Sequence record: PZ026127.1
Direction: 5' to 3' (one strand)
DNA from: a phage
Length of the DNA stretch: 64,000 bases
The translations under genes and the position numbers were made by a program. The notes under the pieces were generated by a model that saw only the letters and a program-made list of their open reading frames with translations, searched no databases and had not been told where the DNA came from. Positions 20,401 to 32,841 of this stretch are shown one piece after another (within the stretch, counting starts at the first letter, position 1; every line of letters starts with the position of its first letter).

Positions 20401-20429
20401 GTTTACAACGCCTTTAAACATGATACTAT
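20401..20429 (+). promoter_or_regulatory. early promoter (repeat copy)
   Basis: 41-nt identity with promoter at 19689. Confidence 0.6.
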
Positions 20430-20461
20430 AGACCTATCAACTAATGAGTGAGGAAAATAAA

Positions 20462-20689
20462 ATGGCTAAGGTTAATATTGATATCGTTGATTTTGAATAC
20501 ACTTACGAAGTTATCCGTAATCGTTATCCTTCTTTAGTTATGACCCATATTAAAGATACTCAATTCTGTAGTATGCAAATTGAAGTCCAAGGTCCTCTTG
20601 AAGACCTTACCCGCTTTATGGCTGACGAGTATTGTGACGGTATGCACCCGGAAGACGCTAAATTTTATATGGGCTTAATTCAAAAATAA
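20462..20689 (+). CDS. hypothetical early protein
   Basis: 75 aa; RBS GAGGAAAATAAA; own early promoter. Confidence 0.5.
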   Translation: MAKVNIDIVDFEYTYEVIRNRYPSLVMTHIKDTQFCSMQIEVQGPLEDLTRFMADEYCDGMHPEDAKFYMGLIQK

Positions 20690-20719
20690 GTTTACACCAG
20701 GCTATGGTAGTGATACTAT
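20690..20719 (+). promoter_or_regulatory. early promoter
   Basis: GTTTACA ... TGATACTAT. Confidence 0.55.
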
Positions 20720-20744
20720 AGCCTTATCAACTAAGGAGAATAAA

Positions 20745-22433
<1,689 letters not shown>

Positions 22434-22494
22434 AAATTCAAATAATCTGTACTCTGTTTTTGGTTATTATGGTCGGGCTGAATTTGGTGCTATA

Positions 22495-22788
22495 ATGAGA
22501 GTCTGTAGAGTTGTTAACAAGTATAAAGAAGATTTTGATGTCAACATCCAACGTGGAACTATGTGGGGTAATCCATTTAAAGATGGAACCCGCGAGGAAA
22601 ACATCAAGAACTTTAAAGAATACTTTATTGCTAAAATAAAATCGGGCGAAATTAAAAGAGAACATCTTGAAACCCTTAGAGGTATGCGTATAGCGTGTAC
22701 CTGTAAACCTAAGGACTGTCATGGGGATGTGATAGCCTTGATTGTTAACAAACTTTTCAAAGACACGTTCTCATTAGAAGACCTATAA
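22495..22788 (+). CDS. hypothetical protein with GNPF and C.C...C.HGD motifs
   Basis: 97-aa ORF between td and nrdA; conserved-looking WGNPF and CTCKPKDCHGD motifs; family not confidently identified. Confidence 0.45.
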   Translation: MRVCRVVNKYKEDFDVNIQRGTMWGNPFKDGTREENIKNFKEYFIAKIKSGEIKREHLETLRGMRIACTCKPKDCHGDVIALIVNKLFKDTFSLEDL

Positions 22789-22854
22789 ATATCAGTCCAT
22801 GCTTAACAGGTTCTATGATAGAATAATTGTAGAACCTAACATATTGAGGAAATT

Positions 22855-25110
22855 ATGCAAGTACAAAAAAGTAGTGGTGTATCCCAAGATTTTGACGCAC
22901 AAAAAATTATTAAAGTTCTGACTTGGGGCTGTGAAGGAACCCAAATCGACCCCTATGAATTATACGAAGAAATCAAATCTCATCTTCGTGATGGTATGAC
23001 TACCAAAGATATCCAAAATCTGACTGTTAAGGTAGCAGCCAACCTTATTTCAGTTGAAGAGCCTGATTACCAATATGTTGCTGCAAAGCAATTGATGTTT
23101 GCACTGCGTAAAGAAGTTTATGGCCAGTTCGAACCACGTAGCTTTATCGACCATATTTCCTATTGTGTTAACGAAGGTAAATATGACCCTGAATTGCTGT
23201 CTCGATATTCTGCAGAAGAAATTACTTTCTTAGAATCTCATATCAAGCATGAACGTGACTTTGAATTGACCTATGCAGGTGCGATGCAGCTGAAAGAGAA
23301 ATATCTGGTTAAAGATAAGACTACGGGTAAAATCTACGAAACCCCTCAGTTCGCTATCATGTGTATTGGCATGGCCTTACACCAAGAAGAGCCAGGTAAT
23401 CGTTTGGCACATATTATTCGTTTTTATGATGCTGTAAGTACCCGTCAGGTTTCATTACCAACTCCTATTATGGCTGGAGCACGTACACCTACCCGTCAAT
23501 TTAGTTCTTGTGTGGTTATTGAAGCAGGCGACTCACTGAAATCTATTAACAAAACTGCTAACTCAATAATTGAATACATTTCTAAACGTGCAGGTATTGG
23601 TATCAACGTTGGTATGATTCGTGCTGAAGGTTCTCGTATTGGCATGGGTGAAGTCAAACATACTGGCGTTATTCCATTCTGGAAACATTTCCAGACTGCT
23701 GTTAAATCATGTTCACAAGGTGGAATCCGTGGCGGCGCTGCTACTGCTTATTATCCTATTTGGCATTTGGAAGTTGAAAATCTGCTCGTTCTGAAAAACA
23801 ACAAAGGCGTAGATGAGAACCGTATTCGTCATATGGACTACGGAATCCAGATGAACGACCTTATGATGGAACGTTTCGGTAAAAATGATTACATCACGCT
23901 GTTTAGTCCTCATGAAATGGGTGGTGAGCTTTATTATTCTTATTTCGAAGACCAAGACCGTTTCCGTGAATTGTATGAAGCAGCTGAAAAAGACCCTAGT
24001 ATTCGTAAGAAACGTATTAAAGCACGTGACCTCTTCGAATTGTTCATGACCGAACGTTCAGGCACTGCACGAATTTATCCTCAGTTCGTTGATAACACTA
24101 ACAACTTCACACCATTTATTCGTGAAAAAGCTCCTATTCGACAGAGCAACTTGTGTTGTGAAATTGCTATCCCGACTACTGACGTGAATAGTCCGGACGC
24201 TGAAATTGGTTTGTGTACGTTGTCTGCATTCGTATTGGATAACTTCGATTGGCAGGACCAAGACAAAATCAACGAGCTCGCTGAAGTCCAGGTACGTGCA
24301 CTTGATAACCTATTGGACTACCAAGATTATCCTGTTCCTGAAGCTCTGAAGGCCAAGAAACGTCGTAATCTAGGTGTTGGTGTTACTAACTACGCCGCTT
24401 GGTTGGCAAGCAACTTTGCTTCTTATGAAGACGCTAATGATTTAACTCATGAACTGTTTGAGAGATTACAATATGGACTTATCCGAGCATCAATCAAGTT
24501 GGCCGAAGAAAAAGGACCTTGCGAGTATTATTCAGACACTAAATGGTCTCGAGGCGAATTACCTATCGACTGGTACAATAAAAAGATTGACCAAATCGCA
24601 GCCCCTAACTATGTTTGTGACTGGACGTCGTTGCGGGAAGACTTGGCTAAACATGGCATCCGTAATAGCACATTATCAGCACTTATGCCGTGTGAATCAA
24701 GCAGCCAGGTTTCCAACTCTACAAACGGTATCGAACCTCCACGTGGTCCGGTAAGTATTAAAGAATCTAAAGAAGGTAACTTCCGTCAGGTAGTTCCTAA
24801 TGTAGAACATAACCAAGGACTCTACGATTACGCTTGGAGCCTCGCTAAGAAAGGTAATAAACCTTATCTTACCCAAGTGGCAATAGCGTTGAAATGGGTG
24901 TGTCAATCAGCATCAGCGAATACATATTACGACCCGCAGATTTTCCCAAAAGGAAAAGTTCCGATGTCGGTAATGCTTGATGACCTGCTGTATTTCTGGT
25001 ACTACGGCGGTAAGAACCTTTACTATCATAACACCCGTGATGGCTCTGGTACTGATGACTACGAAATCGAAACTCCTAAAGCCGACGATTGTGCAGCTTG
25101 TAAGCTTTAA
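22855..25110 (+). CDS. nrdA: ribonucleotide reductase large subunit
   Basis: 751 aa (T4 NrdA 754 aa); class Ia RNR features including C-terminal Cys pair (CAACKL). Confidence 0.95.
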   Translation: MQVQKSSGVSQDFDAQKIIKVLTWGCEGTQIDPYELYEEIKSHLRDGMTTKDIQNLTVKVAANLISVEEPDYQYVAAKQLMFALRKEVYGQFEPRSFIDHISYCVNEGKYDPELLSRYSAEEITFLESHIKHERDFELTYAGAMQLKEKYLVKDKTTGKIYETPQFAIMCIGMALHQEEPGNRLAHIIRFYDAVSTRQVSLPTPIMAGARTPTRQFSSCVVIEAGDSLKSINKTANSIIEYISKRAGIGINVGMIRAEGSRIGMGEVKHTGVIPFWKHFQTAVKSCSQGGIRGGAATAYYPIWHLEVENLLVLKNNKGVDENRIRHMDYGIQMNDLMMERFGKNDYITLFSPHEMGGELYYSYFEDQDRFRELYEAAEKDPSIRKKRIKARDLFELFMTERSGTARIYPQFVDNTNNFTPFIREKAPIRQSNLCCEIAIPTTDVNSPDAEIGLCTLSAFVLDNFDWQDQDKINELAEVQVRALDNLLDYQDYPVPEALKAKKRRNLGVGVTNYAAWLASNFASYEDANDLTHELFERLQYGLIRASIKLAEEKGPCEYYSDTKWSRGELPIDWYNKKIDQIAAPNYVCDWTSLREDLAKHGIRNSTLSALMPCESSSQVSNSTNGIEPPRGPVSIKESKEGNFRQVVPNVEHNQGLYDYAWSLAKKGNKPYLTQVAIALKWVCQSASANTYYDPQIFPKGKVPMSVMLDDLLYFWYYGGKNLYYHNTRDGSGTDDYEIETPKADDCAACKL

Positions 25111-25163
25111 TAAAATCTGATTATAATTGACTCATGGATGAGTCACTAACAAATGAGAATAAC

Positions 25164-26342
25164 ATGTCTACAGTTTTTAATACCACCCCAGTTGATGTTT
25201 TAGTCGAACCGATGTTCTTTGGTTCAGGATTGGGTATTGCCCGTTATGATATCCAACGTCATAAAGTATTCGAAGAGCTTTGTGAAAAGCAGTTGAGTTT
25301 TTTCTGGCGTCCAGAAGAAGTCAACTTGATGATGGATGCTGCTCAATTTAATAAGCTTCCACAATTCCAACAAAATATTTTTACCAATAACCTGAAGTAT
25401 CAATCACTTCTGGATAGTATCCAAGGACGTGCTCCTTCTGCTGCACTTCAAGCCTTGATTTCAGACCCTAGCCTTGATACATGGGTGGCTACATGGACCT
25501 TTAGTGAGACTATTCACTCTCGTTCATATACCCATATCATGCGTAACCTCTATACAGACCCGTCAAAGGTATTTGATGAAATTCTGTTAGATGACGCTAT
25601 TATGAAACGTGCCGAATCTATTGGTCGTTATTACGACGACGTTATTGAGAAAACTCGCTATTGGCAGAATGCTAAAGCTGATATCGAATACCAAAAAGAA
25701 ATTAATGCAGACGAAGACGATATTGAAGATGCTATTGAGCATGAGATGTATTGGAAGCGTGAGCTAATGAAATCCCTTTACCTTTGCCTTCATGTAATCA
25801 ACGCATTGGAAGCTATTCGTTTTTATGTATCTTTCGCATGCACCTTTAACTTCCATAAAAACATGGAAATCATGGAAGGTAATGCTAAGATTATGAAGTT
25901 CATTGCACGTGATGAACAGCTTCACCTTAAAGGTACTCAGTACATTATTCGTCAACTCCAACTTGGTACTGACGGTGACGAATGGGTTAAAATTGCTCAA
26001 GAGTGTGAACAAGAAGCAGTTGATATTTTCATGGAAGTTAACCGTCAAGAAAAAGAATGGGCTGCTCATCTGTTCAAAGATGGTACTTGCCCTGGATTAA
26101 ATACTCAGAACATGGGTGCTTTTGTCGATTACCTGACAGTTTCTCGTATGAAGCAATGTGGCTTACCGTGTCCTATTACTGATGCTCCTGCCCGCCATCC
26201 TTATCCTTGGATTCGCGAATACCTGAACTCTGATGCTGTACAGGCTGCTCCTCAGGAAGTGGAAATCAGTTCTTACCTTGTAGCACAAATTGATAACGAT
26301 GTCGATGAAAAAGTAATGGCATCGTACAAGAAATATTTTTAA
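25164..26342 (+). CDS. nrdB: ribonucleotide reductase small subunit (uninterrupted)
   Basis: MSTVFNT.PVDVL.EPMFFG start matches T4 NrdB; continuous ORF, no intron; alternative upstream ATG at 25134. Confidence 0.9.
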   Translation: MSTVFNTTPVDVLVEPMFFGSGLGIARYDIQRHKVFEELCEKQLSFFWRPEEVNLMMDAAQFNKLPQFQQNIFTNNLKYQSLLDSIQGRAPSAALQALISDPSLDTWVATWTFSETIHSRSYTHIMRNLYTDPSKVFDEILLDDAIMKRAESIGRYYDDVIEKTRYWQNAKADIEYQKEINADEDDIEDAIEHEMYWKRELMKSLYLCLHVINALEAIRFYVSFACTFNFHKNMEIMEGNAKIMKFIARDEQLHLKGTQYIIRQLQLGTDGDEWVKIAQECEQEAVDIFMEVNRQEKEWAAHLFKDGTCPGLNTQNMGAFVDYLTVSRMKQCGLPCPITDAPARHPYPWIREYLNSDAVQAAPQEVEISSYLVAQIDNDVDEKVMASYKKYF

Positions 26343-26369
26343 GGAATGGGGCTTCGGCCCCTTATTGCT

Positions 26370-26783
26370 ATGAAAGAAATCGCAGACGAATTTAGCTTTA
26401 TCAAGTACGTCACCCTAGAACTCCAAGATGACGCCAGCATTGCTCCACTCACAGTACCAAATAAACAAAATGTCATATATGCTATAGCGGTTGATGATAT
26501 ACTAGTCTACATCGGGAAGACTAAAAATCTTCGTAAGCGCATCAACTACTACCGAACCGCTATTAATCGTAAGGACCAAACGTCAGATTCGACCAAGTCC
26601 ATTCTGATTCATGAAGCATTAATGGCAGGTAAAAAGGTAGAGTTCTATGCACGGCAGTGCTTTAATCTGTCGATGACTAACGAACTTGGAACTATGTCAG
26701 TTGAGACCATGTCTCTTGAAGAGCCAATGTTCATAAAGAAATTTAATCCACCTTGGAATACCCAACATAGGATAAAGCAATGA
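26370..26783 (+). CDS. denA: endonuclease II (GIY-YIG family)
   Basis: MKEIA.E.SFIKY..LEL.D...I..L..PNK.NVIYAIA..D.LVYIGKTKNLRKRINYYRTAINRKD.TSDSTKS near-identical to T4 DenA. Confidence 0.85.
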   Translation: MKEIADEFSFIKYVTLELQDDASIAPLTVPNKQNVIYAIAVDDILVYIGKTKNLRKRINYYRTAINRKDQTSDSTKSILIHEALMAGKKVEFYARQCFNLSMTNELGTMSVETMSLEEPMFIKKFNPPWNTQHRIKQ

Positions 26784-27928
26784 TTGAATTATATGATAAC
26801 TTGATGGCCCTGGTTAAAAACTCGACTAAATCTAAGTTCTTCTTTAAAGACTTTCAGAGTGCGCTAGGAGTCAACTATCGCATCTTTAGTTATAACTATG
26901 CATCGTACAGTGATTGGTTGGAAGACGGCGCACTAGAGTGCCGAGGCATTATGTTTGAAATGGACGAGAACGGTCCAGTACGTATTGCTGCTCGTCCTAT
27001 GCAAAAGTTCTTTAACCTTGACGAAAACCCTCTGACCATCGGTCTAGATTTGTCACCAGAAAATATTGACCTCGTAATGGCTAAGGAAGATGGTTCTCTG
27101 ATTTCTACATTCATGGACCGACAGTATCTTTCTGTTAAATCTAAAGGCTCTATCCATTCATCAATGGTGCATGATTCTTTACGGTTCCTTCGTCTCCCTG
27201 AGAACGAGGCTTTTGCCGCACGTCTAGAAGAAATCACCAAAGCTGGGTATACCTGCAACCTTGAATATGTTGCACCTACCAACCGTATCGTGCTGGCTTA
27301 CCAAGAAACAAATCTCATCCTGTTGAACGTTCGTAATAATGAAACCGGTGAATATATTCCATATGCGGAATTGTTTAAGGACGGCGCACTGCGTAAGCAT
27401 TTGGTTGAAAGCTATGAGCTCGCTGAGGGCGATTTCGTAGAAAACATCCGTAAGCAGGAAGGCATTGAAGGTTTCATCTTTGTACTGAAAGATGGTACGT
27501 TCTTTAAACTCAAAACCGCCTGGTACAGTGCACTGCATCATACCAAAGATTCCATTAACAACAACGAACGTTTGTTTGAAGTTGTAGTGGCTGGTGGAAC
27601 TGATGACCTTCGTGGTCTGTTCAGTACAGATTCCTTTGCTATCGAGAAAATCGATGCCTTTGAACGCATCCATTTAGATTACCTAGAACAATCATTAGCC
27701 TTGTTAGAAGCAGCTTACTCTCAACTCAAAGGTCGCGACCGTAAAGACTATGCCGTTACTGGACAGCTAATCCTTAAGGACTTCCCAGGGTTGTTCTCTA
27801 TTCTTATGCAGGCGTACGTAGGCGGTATTAATTATGATACGGTCATGGACCAGATTAACTCTGTGTTCTTGAAAAATCATAAGGCCCAAATCCCTGAAAA
27901 ATATTTGAAAGAAATTGTGGTAGAGTAG
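26780..27928 (+). CDS. rnlA: RNA ligase 1
   Basis: 382 aa; YRIFSYNYASYSDWL...ALECRGIMFEMD...PVRIA.RPM.KFFNL.ENP match T4 Rnl1. Confidence 0.9.
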   Translation: MIELYDNLMALVKNSTKSKFFFKDFQSALGVNYRIFSYNYASYSDWLEDGALECRGIMFEMDENGPVRIAARPMQKFFNLDENPLTIGLDLSPENIDLVMAKEDGSLISTFMDRQYLSVKSKGSIHSSMVHDSLRFLRLPENEAFAARLEEITKAGYTCNLEYVAPTNRIVLAYQETNLILLNVRNNETGEYIPYAELFKDGALRKHLVESYELAEGDFVENIRKQEGIEGFIFVLKDGTFFKLKTAWYSALHHTKDSINNNERLFEVVVAGGTDDLRGLFSTDSFAIEKIDAFERIHLDYLEQSLALLEAAYSQLKGRDRKDYAVTGQLILKDFPGLFSILMQAYVGGINYDTVMDQINSVFLKNHKAQIPEKYLKEIVVE

Positions 27929-27956
27929 TTTACATCTCCTCATGACGTGTTAGTAT
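27926..27956 (+). promoter_or_regulatory. early promoter upstream of alc-like gene
   Basis: GTTTACA, 17 nt, TAGTAT. Confidence 0.5.
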
Positions 27957-27986
27957 AGACTTACCAACTAATGAGGAGAAAACAAA

Positions 27987-28487
27987 ATGAATATGCAAAT
28001 GATTACTAACGAAATGGTTGTTAAGGCTTTTGGTGACTCTACTGACGGCATCCAAGTTTTTAAAGGTTCTCGTGCAGTAGGTTACCTGACCGATCTTCGT
28101 GTCACTTTAGCTAAAAATGCTAAAAAGAAAATCAAGCAAAAAGAATACTCTACCCGTTATGCAGAAGAAAAGCGTGAAGCCATGCCGGAAGCTGTTAACT
28201 CTATGGTTGAGTTTCTCCAAAATAACCTTTCCAAGTACGATGCCGAGGTATTCATTAATATTAGCCAACCTAATGTTAAAATCTCAGGCATCACTTTCTA
28301 TTTGATTTGTGACCCATTAAGCGACAAGTTTAATCGCCTTGGCATTTCAAGTCCTTACCATACTGCTGAAGAATTATGTTTTATGTTTGAAACGTATAAA
28401 ATTCAGTGTGAAAATCCTAAAACGGTTCTTATTAATTCCCTGTCACGTGATGACATCATCGAGATTATTACCAAATGTCTAAATTAA
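27987..28487 (+). CDS. hypothetical early protein (position and size compatible with Alc)
   Basis: 166 aa (T4 Alc 167 aa); synteny rnlA-alc-pseT.3; no sequence-level confirmation. Confidence 0.45.
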   Translation: MNMQMITNEMVVKAFGDSTDGIQVFKGSRAVGYLTDLRVTLAKNAKKKIKQKEYSTRYAEEKREAMPEAVNSMVEFLQNNLSKYDAEVFINISQPNVKISGITFYLICDPLSDKFNRLGISSPYHTAEELCFMFETYKIQCENPKTVLINSLSRDDIIEIITKCLN

Positions 28488-28828
28488 GTATTTACCTTTT
28501 AGCTGGAGCCATTGCAGTAGGTGCTTATGGTTTTATTTCGTATCAATCAAGTCGTATTGATACCCTTACTGAAGAACTGAAAACAACCCAGCAAACGGCC
28601 AAACAGAATGCCGAAGCCGTAGATGACCTACGTGGCCAATACTCTGATATTGAATTCCGTACTACTGAAATGAATGCCCGAATGGATAAAATTAAGGTAG
28701 AAAATGAAAAGCTCCGTAAAGATTCGAAGAAGGCGCACGTGGTGGCAAGTAAGCCAGGATTGGTCGAAAAACAAATCAACAAGTCCTTCGATTCCTTTAC
28801 AGAAGACTTCAGGAGCATTACAGAATGA
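28475..28828 (+). CDS. i-spanin (inner-membrane spanin, Rz-like)
   Basis: 117 aa; N-terminal TM helix (LSIYLLAGAIAVGAYGFISY) then charged coiled-coil region; synteny with T4 pseT.3. Confidence 0.65.
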   Translation: MSKLSIYLLAGAIAVGAYGFISYQSSRIDTLTEELKTTQQTAKQNAEAVDDLRGQYSDIEFRTTEMNARMDKIKVENEKLRKDSKKAHVVASKPGLVEKQINKSFDSFTEDFRSITE

Positions 28829-29115
28829 TTAAATTATCTGTGGTAGTATTATCTATTGGCTTGTTAGTTGGATGTGCCCAGGACATCCCTGTAGTGCCTA
28901 AGCAACAACTACATCCTTCATGGCCACAACCTATTGCCAAACATAATGTTAAATGGCAGGTTAAGGTAATCGATGGTAAAGCTTGGGTTGGAATGCCATT
29001 TGAAGATTCCCAAGAACATCGTATTTGGTTGAATGACGTAAAAAGATATGTACAAGACCAGAAATCTATGTTATGTTATTATCGTTCTGGACTAAAAGAG
29101 GAGAAGTGCAAATGA
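28825..29115 (+). CDS. o-spanin (outer-membrane lipoprotein spanin, Rz1-like)
   Basis: 96 aa; lipoprotein signal with lipobox LLVGC; proline-rich mature region; ATGA overlap with i-spanin. Confidence 0.65.
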   Translation: MIKLSVVVLSIGLLVGCAQDIPVVPKQQLHPSWPQPIAKHNVKWQVKVIDGKAWVGMPFEDSQEHRIWLNDVKRYVQDQKSMLCYYRSGLKEEKCK

Positions 29116-29218
29116 TTGAAGCGTGTACTGATGGATGGGATATCGTTCGATTCGGTTTTGTCTGCTTTTGTTTTGGAATTCTGATTAGTATATGTATTGG
29201 CGGTCTTTTCGGAAAGTA

Positions 29219-29248
29219 GTTTACAAACTCATGGGAGCAGAGTATAAT
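29219..29248 (+). promoter_or_regulatory. early promoter
   Basis: GTTTAC, 18 nt, TATAAT. Confidence 0.55.
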
Positions 29249-29282
29249 GCTCCTACGGATTATAAAAATCGAGGAAATTATT

Positions 29283-29761
29283 ATGACTTTACGTGATAAC
29301 AGTTTTGTGGCTAAGCCTGAATACATTTCAGGCGTTAAATCTCCTGTATTACAAAAGCTCTTAAAATTAGGGTCCTGTGCAAGTACACCAATTGAAAAGA
29401 AGGCAACTTTCGATTTTGCTTGGGCTATGGTAGACGGTATTGATGTAGTAAGACAGGTATCTTTTTATGCTCCAGGGTCTATTGAGCCTTCGCAGATTAT
29501 TAATTTGAATGGAAGTAATTATATTACCGTCCAACAGTGGTATCGTATGATGCGCCCGGTTTGGGAATACCCTGAATTCATTGAAGAGTACAATGAAAAA
29601 GAACGTATTCGCGAGCTAGTAAAAAGTTTTGAATATGCGGCTAAACGCCATGGACAAATGCAATCCGCAGTAACCCTCGGTGATGTTCCTGAAAGTGTTG
29701 CTTACGAATCAGGTAAAACCCTTAAAACTTGCCGTGAAGAACTTTATAAGGAACTTGGTGT

Positions 29762-29765
<4 letters not shown>
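29283..29765 (+). CDS. hypothetical early protein
   Basis: 160 aa from ATG with RBS GAGGAAA and own early promoter. Confidence 0.5.
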
Positions 29766-30965
<1,200 letters not shown>

Positions 30966-30966
<1 letters not shown>

Positions 30967-31163
30967 TGAATAATATCGAAAAGATTTTTCGTACAATCGA
31001 AGAAATTGAAAAACGTAAATGCTTTTTCTTCGGTGTATGGCCTTTAACTGATGGACGTATTGGCCTGGATGTTATGGACTATAAAGATGAAGACAAGGTC
31101 GATGGTGGTATTTTTAAATCCGCTCCTGAACTCCTTGCCTTCTTGGAAGAACATTATGTATAA
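30966..31163 (+). CDS. hypothetical small protein
   Basis: 65 aa; TAATG coupling with pseT. Confidence 0.4.
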
Positions 31164-31371
31164 CAAACACCACGAAGTTGAAGAAGAAGCTTATAAAGAG
31201 CTTCAGAAACTGGTAGGTCAGAATATGTCTCCTACCCTCATTAACTCACTAGCAGCCCTTCGTAATGACCTCAATGAACGTTACAAAGGCGAGTACTATG
31301 TTGAGTTCGTTCCTCTGACTGAAGTCGTTGACCGGTTTATTGTTAACGTGAAGGTCCATACAGTACACTGA
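31156..31371 (+). CDS. hypothetical small protein
   Basis: 71 aa; ATGTATAA overlap; RBS GGAAGA. Confidence 0.45.
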   Translation: MYNKHHEVEEEAYKELQKLVGQNMSPTLINSLAALRNDLNERYKGEYYVEFVPLTEVVDRFIVNVKVHTVH

Positions 31372-31378
31372 GGTAATT

Positions 31379-31657
31379 ATGTTCCCTACTTATTCTGAAA
31401 TTGTTAAAGTAGTTTTTAGTCAGATTGTATCTGATTACCTATACGAACCCGTCGACACGTCGACTGAACTAAAGGTGCATGGTCGTTTGTCTGCTATTCT
31501 GGAAATCATGTTCCCGGATGCAGTTGATGCAATCACTGTTCAACTCACGCCTGGTGCAGCAATTGCAATTGTCCCATTTAAAATTGATAACCACATTTTG
31601 GCTATTTCATGCAAAATGGACTTCCAGAAACAAACGGTAGTTGTCGAAGCAATTTAA
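31379..31657 (+). CDS. hypothetical protein
   Basis: 92 aa; RBS GAGGTAA. Confidence 0.5.
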   Translation: MFPTYSEIVKVVFSQIVSDYLYEPVDTSTELKVHGRLSAILEIMFPDAVDAITVQLTPGAAIAIVPFKIDNHILAISCKMDFQKQTVVVEAI

Positions 31658-31659
31658 GT

Positions 31660-31689
31660 GTTTACACTATGGTAGGACTGTGGTATAGT
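31660..31689 (+). promoter_or_regulatory. early promoter
   Basis: GTTTACA, 18 nt, TATAGT; -10 flanked by inverted repeat GGTAGGACT/AGTCCTACC. Confidence 0.55.
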
Positions 31690-31719
31690 AGTCCTACCGA
31701 AACAAATGAGGAAATCGAA

Positions 31720-32274
31720 ATGAGCCAGTTCTTTGAAGAGCGTAAGTTTTATAAGTTCGTTGGTGAATACACTAAAAACAAATTCACTAATAACGGTGCT
31801 TATGGCCTCAATACAGCTTTTGCTAAGTATGTGGGTATGAATCCGTTTGAAGTTGAAATTGATTACCATAACGGGAAGCCACGTGTAAGCCGAATTCGTG
31901 TATATGACGAGATGATGTTTGTCGACCCGAGCAAAATGACAGGTAATCCTAATGATGCAAATAGTGTTCTTTTTAATTCATCAGGCTTTTTTAGCCATGA
32001 ATTCGAATACTTTATCGAAGTGGTAGACCCTAAAGAACTGCAGTTAGTTTTCCAGAACCCTGAAATCAAACCTATTAAAACTCCGGCCGATTGGAAAGTG
32101 CTTATTGTTAAAAATGGTAAGATTGAAGTTCATTCTCGCCATAACACAAAGGAACAAGCCGATCGTCAGGCTGAAGAGCTTTTGACTAATTCGTTCCAAC
32201 AAGTGTGTTATATTGTTAAAGGCGACGTTACCCAAGCTACCACTACCAAACAACTTAAGTTGGAGACCATCTAA
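31720..32274 (+). CDS. hypothetical protein
   Basis: 184 aa from ATG with RBS GAGGAAA and own early promoter; track ORF extended upstream. Confidence 0.5.
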   Translation: MSQFFEERKFYKFVGEYTKNKFTNNGAYGLNTAFAKYVGMNPFEVEIDYHNGKPRVSRIRVYDEMMFVDPSKMTGNPNDANSVLFNSSGFFSHEFEYFIEVVDPKELQLVFQNPEIKPIKTPADWKVLIVKNGKIEVHSRHNTKEQADRQAEELLTNSFQQVCYIVKGDVTQATTTKQLKLETI

Positions 32275-32510
32275 TGCTGAGCGAACAACCTATTACTGTA
32301 GAGCAGTTCCAAGTTAAAGTTAAAGAATTTGCTCAGGCCCTGATTAATAAGGTTTCTGTACATTTTCCTGATGCAACTCTGCGAGTAATCCAGGAAACAC
32401 CACGTGCGGTATTGGTTATAGTTAATCTTAAAAATGGCGGCCAGGTTACCCAATTGAAACTTGGTTCTGATGGTCTGGTCGAAGCGCAGCGGGTGTATAT
32501 TGATGCTTAA
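32274..32510 (+). CDS. hypothetical small protein
   Basis: 78 aa; coupled. Confidence 0.5.
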   Translation: MLSEQPITVEQFQVKVKEFAQALINKVSVHFPDATLRVIQETPRAVLVIVNLKNGGQVTQLKLGSDGLVEAQRVYIDA

Positions 32511-32841
32511 TTTAAAACCGGCAGTTAATGCCACCTTACAATCTGACGAAGACGGAGACCATCGAGGTCTCTCTGAAAAGGCTACTCAGTACATCAAAGA
32601 CCTTTTTAAACTGAGTGAAGATTTCCAAAGCATCCATACTTCAACATATGATGCTGTGCTGGCTACTGTTCTTCCGGTTGAAATTGGTGATCGAATTCCG
32701 GCAGCGGTATTTTTCGATAAACAAAAACGCTTCCCAGACGGTTATGGTATATTAACCTCACGTGTGAAATCTATCACTAAACTTCGTACCGATTTATATC
32801 GTGTCGAAACCAATAATACAGCTTATCTAGTGGTGATGTAA
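32503..32841 (+). CDS. hypothetical protein
   Basis: about 112 aa from internal ATG overlapping upstream stop. Confidence 0.4.
   Translation: MLNLKPAVNATLQSDEDGDHRGLSEKATQYIKDLFKLSEDFQSIHTSTYDAVLATVLPVEIGDRIPAAVFFDKQKRFPDGYGILTSRVKSITKLRTDLYRVETNNTAYLVVM

Noticed and set aside
19689-20429. Possible CRISPR-like array suggested by repeated about 40-nt sequences
   Set aside because: The repeats are promoters (GTTTAC ... TACTAT) each followed by an RBS and a gene; the intervening sequences are coding, and spacing is irregular (about 700 nt).
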